From: a virus
Taxonomy: Duplodnaviria > Caudoviricetes
Strand: one strand, 5' to 3'
IMG/VR virus record: IMGVR_UViG_3300024999_000097
Coordinates: 1,199-65,198 of that record
DNA: 64,000 nt
This document shows, piece by piece, positions 17,953 through 28,228 of the stretch. The notes under the pieces were generated by a model, which saw only the letters and a list, made by a program, of their open reading frames with translations, was not told where the DNA came from and made no database searches. Each line of letters begins with the position of its first letter. Within the stretch, counting starts at the first letter, position 1. The translations under genes were made by a program, and so were the position numbers.

Positions 17953-18465
17953 ATGCCAGGTCAAGCTATTGGGATAAGTATGAAATACGGTTACCCCGGT
18001 TCATTTGCCAGAAATGGTGATTGCATTATCAGAAATAGAATTGTTAAAACAACTGCCCCGGCTTTTGGTGACCCTGTAGTTTTGAACACTGATGGAACAG
18101 TTACGAAGTTCGGTGCAGCAGGTACAGCAGCTTTATTTGATGGTGTTGCTGTTCGTGAAGTAATGCAGAATGCTTCTTATGTTCCGGCTTTGGGTACATA
18201 TACCGTTGATAGTCCGTGTGATGTACTTCAAAGAGGTTCAATTTCTGTTATTTGTAACGTTGGGACACCTACCGCAGGCGGTGGAGTTTATGTAAGAGTT
18301 ACCGCTAATGCAGCTATTCCTGCTGGTGTTATCGGTGGTTTTGAAGCAAGGTCTGACACTGATGATGATAAGTGTATCAAGCTTACCAATTGTAAGTGGA
18401 CGAATGGTTTAATCGACAGTAATAAGGTTGCTGAGTTAACCATTCTTGAACGGTTAAATCCCTAA
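17953..18465 (+). CDS. Capsid decoration/cement protein
   Basis: Between DUF2213 and capsid gene; GYPG..FGDPV..RGSI..VYVR. Confidence 0.75.
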   Translation: MPGQAIGISMKYGYPGSFARNGDCIIRNRIVKTTAPAFGDPVVLNTDGTVTKFGAAGTAALFDGVAVREVMQNASYVPALGTYTVDSPCDVLQRGSISVICNVGTPTAGGGVYVRVTANAAIPAGVIGGFEARSDTDDDKCIKLTNCKWTNGLIDSNKVAELTILERLNP

Positions 18466-18490
18466 AATAAGATAAAGGAGGTATAGGAAA

Positions 18491-19522
18491 TTGAGTGGTA
18501 TAAAGACATATCCAATTAAAGATGTAAGAACTTTAGATAGCTTGGTTGCCAGTAATGGTGGCTTTTCAATGTTAACTACGGATGCTGCTACTGCTGGTGG
18601 TATGGCATTCTTAATGGGTGAACTTGAGAAACGGGATCCAAAAGTAAGAGAGCCATTAACTTCCGTTACTTGGGCCAGAGATATTGTAGCTAAGACTGGC
18701 GGTGGATGGGTAGAATTTACTTCCACTATGAATGTAAGCTATGCAACAGCAGGCCCAAATGCTAATGGTATTATGGGTGGTGAAACTACCAATATTCCCG
18801 TAATGCAAGCTGATATTGGTAAAGATATTTACAAAGTGTTCACTTGGGGCAATATTCTTAAAATTCCGTTTGTTGATCAAGCAAAGCTGCAAAATATTGG
18901 TCGAAGCCTTGATGAAATCTTGGATAAAGGTATTCGTCTTAACTATAACAAAACTGTCGATCAAAACGTTTACACTGGTTTTACTGAAGCTGGTACAACC
19001 GGTATTATTAATGATGCTAACGTTACTGCTGCTTCGGTAGCTAATGGTGCTGCTGGCACTTCGGCGTGGAATACAAAAACGCCTGATGAAATTTTGAATG
19101 ATATTAACCAATTAATTATTGATGGTTGGGCTGCTTCTGAGTATGACCTTTCCGGTATGCCGAATCACATTTTAATTCCGCCTTCTCAGTATGCCTATAT
19201 TGTAGGAACTAAAGTTTCTACTGCCGGTAATGTAAGTATCCTGGAGTTCTTACTTAACAATAATATCGGTAAAAACCAAGGTGTTGAACTTGTAATTGCT
19301 CCTTCTCGGTGGTGTATCGGTGCCGGTACTGGTGGTACAGATCGTATGGTTGCTTATGTGAATGATGAGGACAAGCTTTATTTTGACCTTACCGTTCCTT
19401 GTTCCAGGGTTATGACCCAGCCGGTTGTTAGTGATATGGCCTATTTGACTGCTTATGCAGCTCAGATTGGTGTTATTAAGTTCCTTTACTTACAACCACC
19501 CAGATATGGTGATGGTATTTAA
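18491..19522 (+). CDS. Major capsid protein (DUF2184 family)
   Basis: 343 aa, FLMGELEKRDP..EPL, KTPDEILNDIN, DRMVAY; strong codon bias. Confidence 0.9.
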   Translation: MSGIKTYPIKDVRTLDSLVASNGGFSMLTTDAATAGGMAFLMGELEKRDPKVREPLTSVTWARDIVAKTGGGWVEFTSTMNVSYATAGPNANGIMGGETTNIPVMQADIGKDIYKVFTWGNILKIPFVDQAKLQNIGRSLDEILDKGIRLNYNKTVDQNVYTGFTEAGTTGIINDANVTAASVANGAAGTSAWNTKTPDEILNDINQLIIDGWAASEYDLSGMPNHILIPPSQYAYIVGTKVSTAGNVSILEFLLNNNIGKNQGVELVIAPSRWCIGAGTGGTDRMVAYVNDEDKLYFDLTVPCSRVMTQPVVSDMAYLTAYAAQIGVIKFLYLQPPRYGDGI

Positions 19523-19541
19523 TTCTTATTCAGTACAATCC

Positions 19542-19570
19542 GTGGTGTAGGTTAAATAGCTTACACCACT
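19542..19570 (+). terminator. Hairpin after capsid gene
   Basis: gtggtgtagg-ttaaatag-cttacaccac. Confidence 0.55.
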
Positions 19571-19603
19571 ACATAACAAAAAATATTTTGGAGGTTATTA
19601 CTC

Positions 19604-19951
19604 ATGGCAATTAGAGTTTTTTCTAAAAAAGCTTTTCAGTTTAATAGAAGGGTAGAAAAAGATGGCTTAATGCAATCTGTCGAAAAGGCTACAACTTTAC
19701 CGTTGGCCTTTTGTGAATTGCCAGATTGGGTAGAAAAAGACCCTCTGTTTATGTGGGCTCAACAGGACGGCGATATTGAAGTTATTAGCAGCAAAGCTGA
19801 TGAAAAGCAGGCTGAATTAAACGCTACTGTTAAACCACCTGTTAACACTGGTAATGTTGAAACACAAACTGTCACCGGTAACAATCCACAACAGCAGTAT
19901 CCCAAGAATAACGGACAAGTAAATGGTCAAAAGAACTTTCAAAAGCGGTAG
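19604..19951 (+). CDS. Head-associated hypothetical protein
   Basis: Position after capsid gene, PDWV..DPLF. Confidence 0.6.
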   Translation: MAIRVFSKKAFQFNRRVEKDGLMQSVEKATTLPLAFCELPDWVEKDPLFMWAQQDGDIEVISSKADEKQAELNATVKPPVNTGNVETQTVTGNNPQQQYPKNNGQVNGQKNFQKR

Positions 19952-19970
19952 TAAAGTGAGGTGAAGCTAA

Positions 19971-20501
19971 ATGGCTTTTCCTGAAAATATAATTCCGGAT
20001 ACTTATCCAACAAGTTTTGAACCTCAAGAAGTAACAATAATATCAAATGCTTCTAATCTTAAATTCGGTACTAATTCCGTATACACTATAGATAATTTTA
20101 TTGAAATGTATCCTGGTTTTGGTCCTGATGCTGAAGGTAATTATAATATTGTTCCTCAAGTTATTTTGCAGTTATATATTAATCTTGCTAATGCTAGTAT
20201 TCAAGAAACACGATATGGTGAATATTGGCAATTGTGCATGGGGTTATTTACTGCTCACTTTGTTACTTTATGGCTTGAAGGAACAACACAAGCGGGTTCT
20301 CCTGCTGCTCAAGTATTAGAGGCTAGTATTGCACGTGGTTTAAGAACTTCCGAATCAGTCGGTGATTTATCTTCTGGCATTGACTATAGTGCTATTTCAA
20401 ATGATTTAGATGGTTGGGCAATGTGGAAATTAACTGTATTCGGTCAACAATTCGCTACAATGGGTAAGCTAGTTGGAAAAGGTGGAATGATGGTATGGTA
20501 A
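19971..20501 (+). CDS. Head-tail adaptor (DUF4054)
   Basis: F..MYP.F, LFTAH, SESVGDLS, W..T.FGQQF. Confidence 0.8.
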   Translation: MAFPENIIPDTYPTSFEPQEVTIISNASNLKFGTNSVYTIDNFIEMYPGFGPDAEGNYNIVPQVILQLYINLANASIQETRYGEYWQLCMGLFTAHFVTLWLEGTTQAGSPAAQVLEASIARGLRTSESVGDLSSGIDYSAISNDLDGWAMWKLTVFGQQFATMGKLVGKGGMMVW

Positions 20502-20989
20502 GAGTTGATACACCAATCGATGAAGTTGAGAGGATGAAAAGACTTGTAAAAAAGCTTTCTAATCTCGATGTATTAGTTGGTGTTCCTCAAAATAAATCAA
20601 GTAGACCAAAAGGTAAAATAACAAATGCTGAATTAGTTTATATCCATACACACGGTTCCCCCGTTAACCATATTCCAGCTAGACCCATTATTGAGCCAGC
20701 AATTGAGGATAACGAAAATAAACAGATAATTTCTGAAAGTTTAAAGGAAGCTGCTAAAGCTGTTTTAAATGGCGATGAACAAAAGACGATGGAAATGTTA
20801 AATAAGGCTGGGTTAGATGCCCAAAATATAGTTCGTGATTGGTTTACTAATTATAAGAACAATTGGGCTCCTAACTCACCAATAACAATCAGAAGAAAAG
20901 GAAGTAGCCGTCCATTAATTGATACAGCGGAGCTTAGAAAAAGTATTATTTATGTTATCCGTCGCAAAAAGAGTGGTGGAACATCTTGA
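20495..20989 (+). CDS. Neck/tail-completion protein
   Basis: IPARP, PNSPITIRRKGSSRPLIDT. Confidence 0.75.
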   Translation: MVRVDTPIDEVERMKRLVKKLSNLDVLVGVPQNKSSRPKGKITNAELVYIHTHGSPVNHIPARPIIEPAIEDNENKQIISESLKEAAKAVLNGDEQKTMEMLNKAGLDAQNIVRDWFTNYKNNWAPNSPITIRRKGSSRPLIDTAELRKSIIYVIRRKKSGGTS

Positions 20990-21345
20990 AACAAATAGCA
21001 AGAATTTTGTACAGTAAAAGGTATATAAGAACATTTATTGTTAATCGTAAAACTGGCTCATGGTTAAATGGACGTTTTATTGAAACTGAGAGTTCTATAA
21101 GCTTAAACGGAATTGTTACTACTGCAACTTCAGAGGATGTTAACCAAGTCCCTGAAGGTGATAGAGTAAGTGAAATGTTATGTTTTTATTCCGATAAAGA
21201 AATGTTTGTAACACATAACGAAGCAAGTTTTAAAGGAACTTCAGATCAAATATCTTGGCGTAATAACCGATATAGAGTTTTAAGTGTACAATTCCATGAT
21301 TTAGGTTATTTTAAAGCTATTGGGGCTTATATGGGAGGTGATTAA
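20986..21345 (+). CDS. Head closure protein
   Basis: Position; PEGDR, DQISW..YRV. Confidence 0.65.
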   Translation: MKQIARILYSKRYIRTFIVNRKTGSWLNGRFIETESSISLNGIVTTATSEDVNQVPEGDRVSEMLCFYSDKEMFVTHNEASFKGTSDQISWRNNRYRVLSVQFHDLGYFKAIGAYMGGD

Positions 21346-21347
21346 AT

Positions 21348-21884
21348 ATGTCCAACATTATTCTGACTATAAAACAATTGGAAGACATATTTCAATCCCT
21401 CACCGTAACCCTAACAGGTTTAAATAAAGATAGTGGTGTAAGAGTTTCATGGCCTACCGAAGGTTCCCCTGGTTGGAAAATAACAGATAATGTAGCTTTT
21501 ATTAAAGTTGTTTCTGTTACGGATAATTATTCCAATATAGTTGAAACAAACTACCAACAAGATGAATTAGAACTGGGAGTAAATGTTGAACTAGTTTATA
21601 CAAGGGTTCATCTAATTCAATGGGTTCTTTATGGGCCTAATTCTTATGAATTAGCTGAAAAAATTAAAAGTGGGTTATTTTTATATGATACAAAACAAGC
21701 ATTAAATTTAAGTAACCTATTTCTTGTTACAGATATAGAGCAACCGGTTAGAATACCAGAGCAAGCTAATGGACGATGGTGGGAAAGATGTGACTACCAA
21801 GCGAGGTTTAACGAGAAAGTGGTAAAAGCTTCAACAGTACCATATATTACTGGTACTAATATTCAATTTAGAACAAGCAAATAA
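21348..21884 (+). CDS. Tail terminator protein
   Basis: Position before sheath; YGPNS, PE..NGRWWER.D. Confidence 0.65.
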   Translation: MSNIILTIKQLEDIFQSLTVTLTGLNKDSGVRVSWPTEGSPGWKITDNVAFIKVVSVTDNYSNIVETNYQQDELELGVNVELVYTRVHLIQWVLYGPNSYELAEKIKSGLFLYDTKQALNLSNLFLVTDIEQPVRIPEQANGRWWERCDYQARFNEKVVKASTVPYITGTNIQFRTSK

Positions 21885-21900
21885 AGATTGAGGTGATAAA

Positions 21901-23007
21901 GTGTCTAATTTGCCTATTGGTGATATTGTTGATATATCTGTTGAAATATCTTCCGTTTCAACGGCAAGGAATGGGTTTAATTTAGGTTTAATTGTTGGTT
22001 CAAGTGCTGTTATTGATGCGACCGAACGGGTAAGGATTTACTCCGACGTTGAATCTATGATTACGGATGGTTTTGCGCTTGAGAGTGCAGAATATAAAGC
22101 AGCCGTACTTTATTTTTCGGCTAAACTAAGACCAGATTATGTGGCTATAGGTTATTGGGATTCGGCAGGTGAAACTGTTGTTGACGCGCTTATGGATTGT
22201 AGGGCTAAAAATACTGAGTGGTACGGTTGTATGGTGTGTGGTTTACAAAAAGCTAATATTCTTTTAGCTGCTGCTTATATCGAGGTTGCTGCACAAAGCA
22301 GCACTTTCTTTTATACAACCTCTGATGTTGAAGTTTTAACAAAGGTAGCCGGTAATGTGATGGAAACACTTCAAGGTTTAGAGTATAAAAGGACAATTGG
22401 TCAATATAGTACTCATATAGATGCTGTGGCTGCTATTTTAGGTTATGCTATGGGAGCAAATACTGGGCTTGAAAACAGTATGTATACCTTAGCTTACAAG
22501 AAAGAAATAGGTGTTGTTACTGAAGACCTAACAGCAACACAAGTTTTAAATATTAAGGACCAAAACGGTAATATTTACATCAGCAGAGGAAATACTTACA
22601 ACCTGTTTGAACAAGGTGTAATGGCTAACGGTCAATACTTCGATGAAATACTAGGTATTGATATGCTAGTACATAATATTCAACTTTCGGTTCTTGACCT
22701 TTTAACAAGTGCCGCTAAAGTACCTCAGACAGAGGATGGTGTAAGTTTACTTGTTAATGCTATTTCAAGGCCATGCATAGCTTCGAGAAATATTGGTTTT
22801 ATTGCTCCTGGCGTTTGGAATGCTGCTCCTGTATTAACTCTTAAAACTGGCGATATGCTTTCACAAGGCTTCTTAATCCTTTCAAAATCTATTGCTAGTC
22901 AAAGTGTAGAAGATAGGGCTGCAAGAATAGCCCCTCCAATTTATGTTTGTGTTAAACTATCCGGGGCTATTGAGTTTGTAAATATTCAAATTATAGTAAA
23001 TAGGTAA
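21901..23007 (+). CDS. Tail sheath protein (DUF3383 family, short form)
   Basis: EYKAA..YF, G.MANG.YFDE..G.D.L, KVPQT..G, GFIAPGVW, R.AR.APP..KL.GAI. Confidence 0.9.
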   Translation: MSNLPIGDIVDISVEISSVSTARNGFNLGLIVGSSAVIDATERVRIYSDVESMITDGFALESAEYKAAVLYFSAKLRPDYVAIGYWDSAGETVVDALMDCRAKNTEWYGCMVCGLQKANILLAAAYIEVAAQSSTFFYTTSDVEVLTKVAGNVMETLQGLEYKRTIGQYSTHIDAVAAILGYAMGANTGLENSMYTLAYKKEIGVVTEDLTATQVLNIKDQNGNIYISRGNTYNLFEQGVMANGQYFDEILGIDMLVHNIQLSVLDLLTSAAKVPQTEDGVSLLVNAISRPCIASRNIGFIAPGVWNAAPVLTLKTGDMLSQGFLILSKSIASQSVEDRAARIAPPIYVCVKLSGAIEFVNIQIIVNR

Positions 23008-23024
23008 AGGAGTGGTGAAATAAA

Positions 23025-23462
23025 ATGGGAACTTCTACTTATGGTTTTGATGATGTTTCGTGTGTTATCTCTCACCCCTCTTTTGGGCAATATGTCACAA
23101 ATGGGGCTGGGCTAGGCGGAATATCCATTACGATGGCAAATGACAGAACCATACACGATTTAGCTGCCGATGGATCTGTCATGGTAAGTAAAATAAGAGG
23201 GAGAAATGGTTCAGCTTCAATAACAACACAACAAACATCCTCTTTAAATAAATGGCTTTTAAGGCTTTACAACTACTTGGAAACAGCTCCAACGGATGAA
23301 TGGGCTGATATTAATATTACTGTTCGTTCTCCTATGATGCAAGATTTAATCACTTGTTCTGGTACATCTTTTCAGAAGCTTGCTGATAGACCGTATCAAG
23401 CGCAAGGTCAAAATATTGTATGGCCGTTTATGTCTGCCGATATTCAACAAGATGTAATATAG
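23025..23462 (+). CDS. Tail tube protein (DUF3277-like)
   Basis: Follows sheath; AADG.VMVS, QTSS.N.WL. Confidence 0.8.
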   Translation: MGTSTYGFDDVSCVISHPSFGQYVTNGAGLGGISITMANDRTIHDLAADGSVMVSKIRGRNGSASITTQQTSSLNKWLLRLYNYLETAPTDEWADINITVRSPMMQDLITCSGTSFQKLADRPYQAQGQNIVWPFMSADIQQDVI

Positions 23463-23539
23463 GGGTTGATTGAATGTCAATCACTTTTAACGATATTGTT
23501 AATGCTTCAACAAAACTATATCAAGAAAGGGTGAATATT

Positions 23540-23971
23540 ATGGCGCAAGTAGGTTTAACTGCAAATGTTCAATTGTTAGCTAGGGGTGGGATTGTAAGTG
23601 ATAATAATCCATTTCCTGTAGCCAATTATATTAAAACAGCTGGCGGTATATTTATACCACAAAAAGGGTCTGACGAAGGTGAAGCCTTTATGAAACTAAT
23701 GGGTAGTAATGCTTTAGTGGGAGCGTTAGCTACTGTTGTTACTGCAGGAACTCGCGTTCAGCTTCCAGATATACCATGTCAGAGAGTAATAGTAATTGCA
23801 GAGGATGATAATCTTGGCGTTGTTTATGCTGGTGGTAACGATGTTTCGTCGAGTACTTACGGGGTAAAGTTATACGCTGAAGATGTATTTCCGTTTGATG
23901 TGAGTAACGCAAACCTTATCTATATTGATGCTTCTTTAGATGGGGAGGGCATCAGTTATGTTGTTCTTTAG
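23540..23971 (+). CDS. Structural adaptor protein (start 23474 or 23540)
   Basis: NVQL..DNNPFPV, KLMGSN junction, small beta-sandwich C-domain. Confidence 0.6.
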   Translation: MAQVGLTANVQLLARGGIVSDNNPFPVANYIKTAGGIFIPQKGSDEGEAFMKLMGSNALVGALATVVTAGTRVQLPDIPCQRVIVIAEDDNLGVVYAGGNDVSSSTYGVKLYAEDVFPFDVSNANLIYIDASLDGEGISYVVL

Positions 23972-25190
23972 TAAAGGTAAAAGACAAGCAGGTTTAATCC
24001 AAAAACCTATTGGTTTTGATTGGTATGCACCAATAAGAATATATAGAACACGACTCGGTACGTTTTTAACCGACTACTCGGCTACACGGTATCGAATTTA
24101 TGGGAAAGAATATTTTGTGTCAACGTCAGGAAACGATGCTAACGATGGACTTACCCTGGCCACAGCTTTTAGAAAAATTTCCACTGCTGTACAACAACCA
24201 GATGTAGATGTGATTTGGCTTAGTAATGGTATGTTCAACAGAGACTATGGATTCAATGGAATTGCTCCTGCCCGCTCAATGTCAATTATGGCTTTACCAG
24301 GTGCTATTCCTATTATCACGACTCACAGTAATTTAACATGGACATTAGAAACAGACAAAACTTATACCTACAAGGCAACACGTAGTTTAGTCACTAGAGT
24401 ATTAGATTCAAATACAATAGCTGAAAATGGAGATTATTTAGAATATACCCTAAAAACCTCAGTAGATGAGGTTGAAGTCACACCAGGAAGTTATTATACG
24501 GATGGGGCAACAATTTGGGTGCATAGAACGGATGGTGCTATCCCAGATACTTCAATATGGTGTTTGCTTAGTACCAGGAATTTTGGTCATCAAGGAGGAT
24601 GCCAATTCTATTTGGAAGGTCTGACTTTTCTTGGTGGTAATTATGTCTGTGATATAGAAAATACCGCATTGGGAGAAACCACTACCGCTCTATATGCTAG
24701 GAGTTGTAAATTCAAATACGGTAGAAGAGATGCAAACGCTTTTCAATGTTATGGTGCCAATCAAGTGCATTTAGATCATTGTGAGGTAGCGGTAACAGGT
24801 GCAGATGGTTTTAACTATCATGCAGGAAATGGTGTGATTCCAAAAGTTTTAGAGGTCGGCTGTAAAGGGCGGGACGTTGGTACAAACGGCACACATCAAT
24901 GTTCTACTGCTCATGATGGAGTAACAATAATTCGTCTTAACAGTGAGTATTATAATGCATATGGTTCATGTGTGACCGACATTACAGCTGGTACTAAGTC
25001 ATGGATGCTTGGATGTTATTGTCATGGTGGTGGACTGGAAGATATGGCATTCCAAGATGGGACAGCATGGCTTGATGGATGCCGTACTGATGGACAATTT
25101 AGAACCAAGAATACAACCGTTTATACACGGCAGAATTGTAGTTTTGGCTCTGTCGTGCTAGAGGGAGCAGCTCAAAAGATAAATTATTAA
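23958..25190 (+). CDS. Beta-helix virion protein (DUF1565/pectate-lyase-like N-motif)
   Basis: YFVSTSGNDANDGLT..AFRKI..A; DGFNYH, STAHDG. Confidence 0.65.
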   Translation: MLFFSKGKRQAGLIQKPIGFDWYAPIRIYRTRLGTFLTDYSATRYRIYGKEYFVSTSGNDANDGLTLATAFRKISTAVQQPDVDVIWLSNGMFNRDYGFNGIAPARSMSIMALPGAIPIITTHSNLTWTLETDKTYTYKATRSLVTRVLDSNTIAENGDYLEYTLKTSVDEVEVTPGSYYTDGATIWVHRTDGAIPDTSIWCLLSTRNFGHQGGCQFYLEGLTFLGGNYVCDIENTALGETTTALYARSCKFKYGRRDANAFQCYGANQVHLDHCEVAVTGADGFNYHAGNGVIPKVLEVGCKGRDVGTNGTHQCSTAHDGVTIIRLNSEYYNAYGSCVTDITAGTKSWMLGCYCHGGGLEDMAFQDGTAWLDGCRTDGQFRTKNTTVYTRQNCSFGSVVLEGAAQKINY

Positions 25191-25249
25191 TCTTACTAAT
25201 GAAAAAGCGTTAGTTTGGTAACAGTGTTAAATAAAAGGGGTATAATTTT

Positions 25250-25678
25250 ATGAATAAACGTATATTATACAAAACTTTTGAGTTTGAAGATAGAAAGTGG
25301 CGTATAGGTAAATTTGATGCAATGACTGGTTCATATATAGCTTATAAGCTTATGGCCGAGGCTGTTCCATTCGGTTTAGCTGCAAAGTTAGATATTCCAG
25401 TTAATAAAGATGCTAAAACAATGTCCAAAACTGATTTTATCGATCTGCAAAAAGACTGCTTACTGGTTTGCTCTGAGTTTCTTCCTGCAGGACCTATTCC
25501 GGTGTTAAATGAAAATGGAACGTTTGGTGTTGAAGGTCTTGAAAATGATGCAAAAACAGTATTAGCTTTAACGGTTCAAGCTTTAGCTTTTAATGTATCT
25601 GATTTTTTTACCGAAAGCCTCTTGACTTCATTAGTAGAGGCAATGCAGGGTATATTCCGGCTAGATGCGAAAATATAA
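25250..25678 (+). CDS. Tail assembly chaperone (G)
   Basis: Position before tape measure gene, FNVSDFF end motif. Confidence 0.8.
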   Translation: MNKRILYKTFEFEDRKWRIGKFDAMTGSYIAYKLMAEAVPFGLAAKLDIPVNKDAKTMSKTDFIDLQKDCLLVCSEFLPAGPIPVLNENGTFGVEGLENDAKTVLALTVQALAFNVSDFFTESLLTSLVEAMQGIFRLDAKI

Positions 25679-25860
25679 ATGAATTTTTGTTCACTCCGGT
25701 AATGCTTGGAATGTGGAAACAAAAAGAGCTTTGGGACGGAACTTATACTTTTAAAGATTTACTTGATATACACGAATTACTTGAGGTACAACATGAAAAT
25801 AAACGGAGAGCTTATGAATATGAATTAGCTATTTCAAAAGGAGGTGGACAAAATTCTTAA
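25603..25860 (+). CDS. Tail chaperone -1 frameshift extension (GT)
   Basis: T7 slippery run 25603-25609; -1 frame open to TAA 25858 (…WKQKELWDGTYTFKDLLDIHELL…). Confidence 0.8.
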   Translation, partial: FFYRKPLDFISRGNAGYIPARCENINEFLFTPVMLGMWKQKELWDGTYTFKDLLDIHELLEVQHENKRRAYEYELAISKGGGQNS

Positions 25861-27232
25861 TGTAATCAAAGAATATCTAATAAGTTTAGGTTATAGAGTT
25901 GATCAACATTCTTTCAATACAGCAATGAATTCCATAACACAACTTAGCAGATCAATAAATAGTTTTGTTGGTGCAGCTATAGGAAGGTTCACCTCTTTAG
26001 GTTTAGCTATGTCAGGCTTTTCTTCAGCTTTTCTTGCTGTTTTATATCAGCTTACCATTGGTGTAGCAAATGCGGATTTACAAAATGAATTATTCGCCCG
26101 TAGAATGTGGATGGCTAAGGATGCTGCCCTTGCTTATAAGAATTCACTTAATGCTTTAGGTGTTACATTACAAGATTTATATTTAAGCCCAGAGCTAATG
26201 GATAAATTTATCCAGCTTAGAAATCAGTCTTATTATATGCAAACACCAGATAGTTTTGGTGATGCAATGAAAGGTCTTAGGTCAATTACGTTTGAGTTTC
26301 AACGTTTTAAACTTGAAGCTACTTATGCTGTTCAATGGGTTGGTTATTATCTGACTAAATATTTATCAGAACCAATATTCGGTATGAAAGATGGATTGAA
26401 AGGTATCAATGATATTATTGCAGAGAAAATGCCTATTTGGACTAATAAAGTGGCTCAAGTAGTAGCTGGCTTTGTTCGTTTAGGTGATACTGCTTATTTT
26501 GCTGGTAAAGAAATCAAAAAGGTATGGGACAGTTTAAGCGACTCAACAAAGCAAGTTATTAGTATAACAGCAGGATTTTTTGCTTTACTTAAAATGGGTC
26601 CTGTAGGGATCATGATAGCAGGTCTTACCGCTCTTTTGTTGCTTTTAGATGATTATCGAGCATATGCAAAAGACCAAAATAATAGTGCATTTCCTGATTT
26701 ATGGAAATGGGTTGATAATCTTAAGAAGTCTATGAAAGATGATGGAACTTTAAAAGAGTTTAAAGAAAGCTTAGATGGTTTAGCTCAGAGTGTAGTTACT
26801 TTAGGCAAAAACTTTTGGAATTTGATGGATTCATTTGTAAATGGTGATAGTAAAATAAAAGCCATTAAAGGTGCTATTGGTATAATCACTGGAGCTTTTA
26901 ATGAACTTAGTTTTGTTCTTAAAACAATAGCTGATTCTCTGAAAATAATTGATAGTTATATAAATGGCGATGATAAAGCCATTACTAAAAGTAAAAAAGA
27001 TTTTATGAGTGGTATACTTGAAAAACCTTCTTGGCTTGATAAGTTTGCAGCAACGCTTTTAGCTCCGTTAGCCTTTGGAAACATTTCTACTAAAGCACCT
27101 CGTGGTGATACAAATATGACCGTAGCCACTACAAACTATATTTATGGGGCTACTAATCCTCAATCGGTTGCAATAGCTGTTGGGCATACATATTCTAAGG
27201 CAACGAGGCAACTTCAAGGGGTGATAGTATAA
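25853..27232 (+). CDS. Tape measure protein; probable ATT start
   Basis: IKEYLISLG N-motif, helical with hydrophobic stretches; GGAGGTG 6 nt before ATT 25853. Confidence 0.85.
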   Translation: MLNVIKEYLISLGYRVDQHSFNTAMNSITQLSRSINSFVGAAIGRFTSLGLAMSGFSSAFLAVLYQLTIGVANADLQNELFARRMWMAKDAALAYKNSLNALGVTLQDLYLSPELMDKFIQLRNQSYYMQTPDSFGDAMKGLRSITFEFQRFKLEATYAVQWVGYYLTKYLSEPIFGMKDGLKGINDIIAEKMPIWTNKVAQVVAGFVRLGDTAYFAGKEIKKVWDSLSDSTKQVISITAGFFALLKMGPVGIMIAGLTALLLLLDDYRAYAKDQNNSAFPDLWKWVDNLKKSMKDDGTLKEFKESLDGLAQSVVTLGKNFWNLMDSFVNGDSKIKAIKGAIGIITGAFNELSFVLKTIADSLKIIDSYINGDDKAITKSKKDFMSGILEKPSWLDKFAATLLAPLAFGNISTKAPRGDTNMTVATTNYIYGATNPQSVAIAVGHTYSKATRQLQGVIV

Positions 27233-27801
27233 TGGCTTTATCACCTGTTTTGCCAAAGTCATATAATGGAGCTTTAAAAGATGTTGAACAATTAGTTTTT
27301 GTTAAAACAAATATTGGTGGTTATTTCTTCGATGCAGTTTTAAGGTCAGAGCATACTACAAGTTTAACTATTACTGACCACCCAGTAGAAATTGGGGCAG
27401 CTATATCTGATCATTCATTTGTTAACCCTTCTATTTTAGTTATGGAGGTTGGAATGTCTGACGTAGCTAAAAGTCTTGTAAAAGGTCAATTTGCTGGTGG
27501 GTGGTCAAGGTCAGTTACAGCGTATAAGGTTCTTTTAGAATTACAAAAAAGTAGAATACCTTTCCAAGTGCTTACAAGGTTAAATTTATATAAAAACATG
27601 TTGATAGAAACAATGATAGTCCCAGATGATAAGGAAACGCTTTATGGATTAAAAGCTACCGTTACAATGCGGGAAATATTTGTAGCCACAGTGAAAACTG
27701 TTAAAATTAGTGAAAGACCTCAAACAACAGATTCAACACAAAGAGGGGAAGTACAAGCCATCACTACTGATGATAGTATATTAAAACAATTGTTTAAGTA
27801 A
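27232..27801 (+). CDS. Baseplate tube-initiator (Dit-like) protein
   Basis: ITDHPVEIGA.ISDH, YKNMLI. Confidence 0.8.
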   Translation: MALSPVLPKSYNGALKDVEQLVFVKTNIGGYFFDAVLRSEHTTSLTITDHPVEIGAAISDHSFVNPSILVMEVGMSDVAKSLVKGQFAGGWSRSVTAYKVLLELQKSRIPFQVLTRLNLYKNMLIETMIVPDDKETLYGLKATVTMREIFVATVKTVKISERPQTTDSTQRGEVQAITTDDSILKQLFK

Positions 27802-27867
27802 ATGTATCAAATGTAGTAGTTTATGATATAATATAAAATACTATATTAAGTTAAGGAGTGGTATTTT

Positions 27868-28191
27868 ATGTTAAAGCGTTTATGTTTGTTAATTTTAGTT
27901 ATAACTATACTTTGTGTTGGTTGTGCTGAGGTTAAAACAAAAGATTTTATGAAGGTAAGATTAGATAACATTCCAGAAGGAATGTATAAGGTAGGGGTAG
28001 ATATACCAGCAGGTGAATATCTTATAGTTTCTGATAAAGATGGTAGTATGTATTTTATTTTTAATAATTTAGATCGTTCATCTGAAGATTATTTAGCTAA
28101 TGCAGGATTTATCAATGTTAAGCAGTATGTAAAGGTTACCGAAGGACAATACTTAAAATTTTCAGATTCACACGTTTCAAAAGTTGATTAA
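27868..28191 (+). CDS. Lipoprotein moron (possible superinfection exclusion)
   Basis: Lipobox-like CVGC, GMYKVGVDIPAGEY; extended -10 TGATATAAT at 27824-27832. Confidence 0.65.
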   Translation: MLKRLCLLILVITILCVGCAEVKTKDFMKVRLDNIPEGMYKVGVDIPAGEYLIVSDKDGSMYFIFNNLDRSSEDYLANAGFINVKQYVKVTEGQYLKFSDSHVSKVD

Positions 28192-28199
28192 AATAGTTG

Positions 28200-28228
28200 T
28201 TTACAAATTCCATAAAGTGTGATATAAT
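28200..28228 (+). promoter_or_regulatory. SigmaA-type promoter (repeated family)
   Basis: TTTACA-17-TATAAT with TG extension. Confidence 0.8.
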
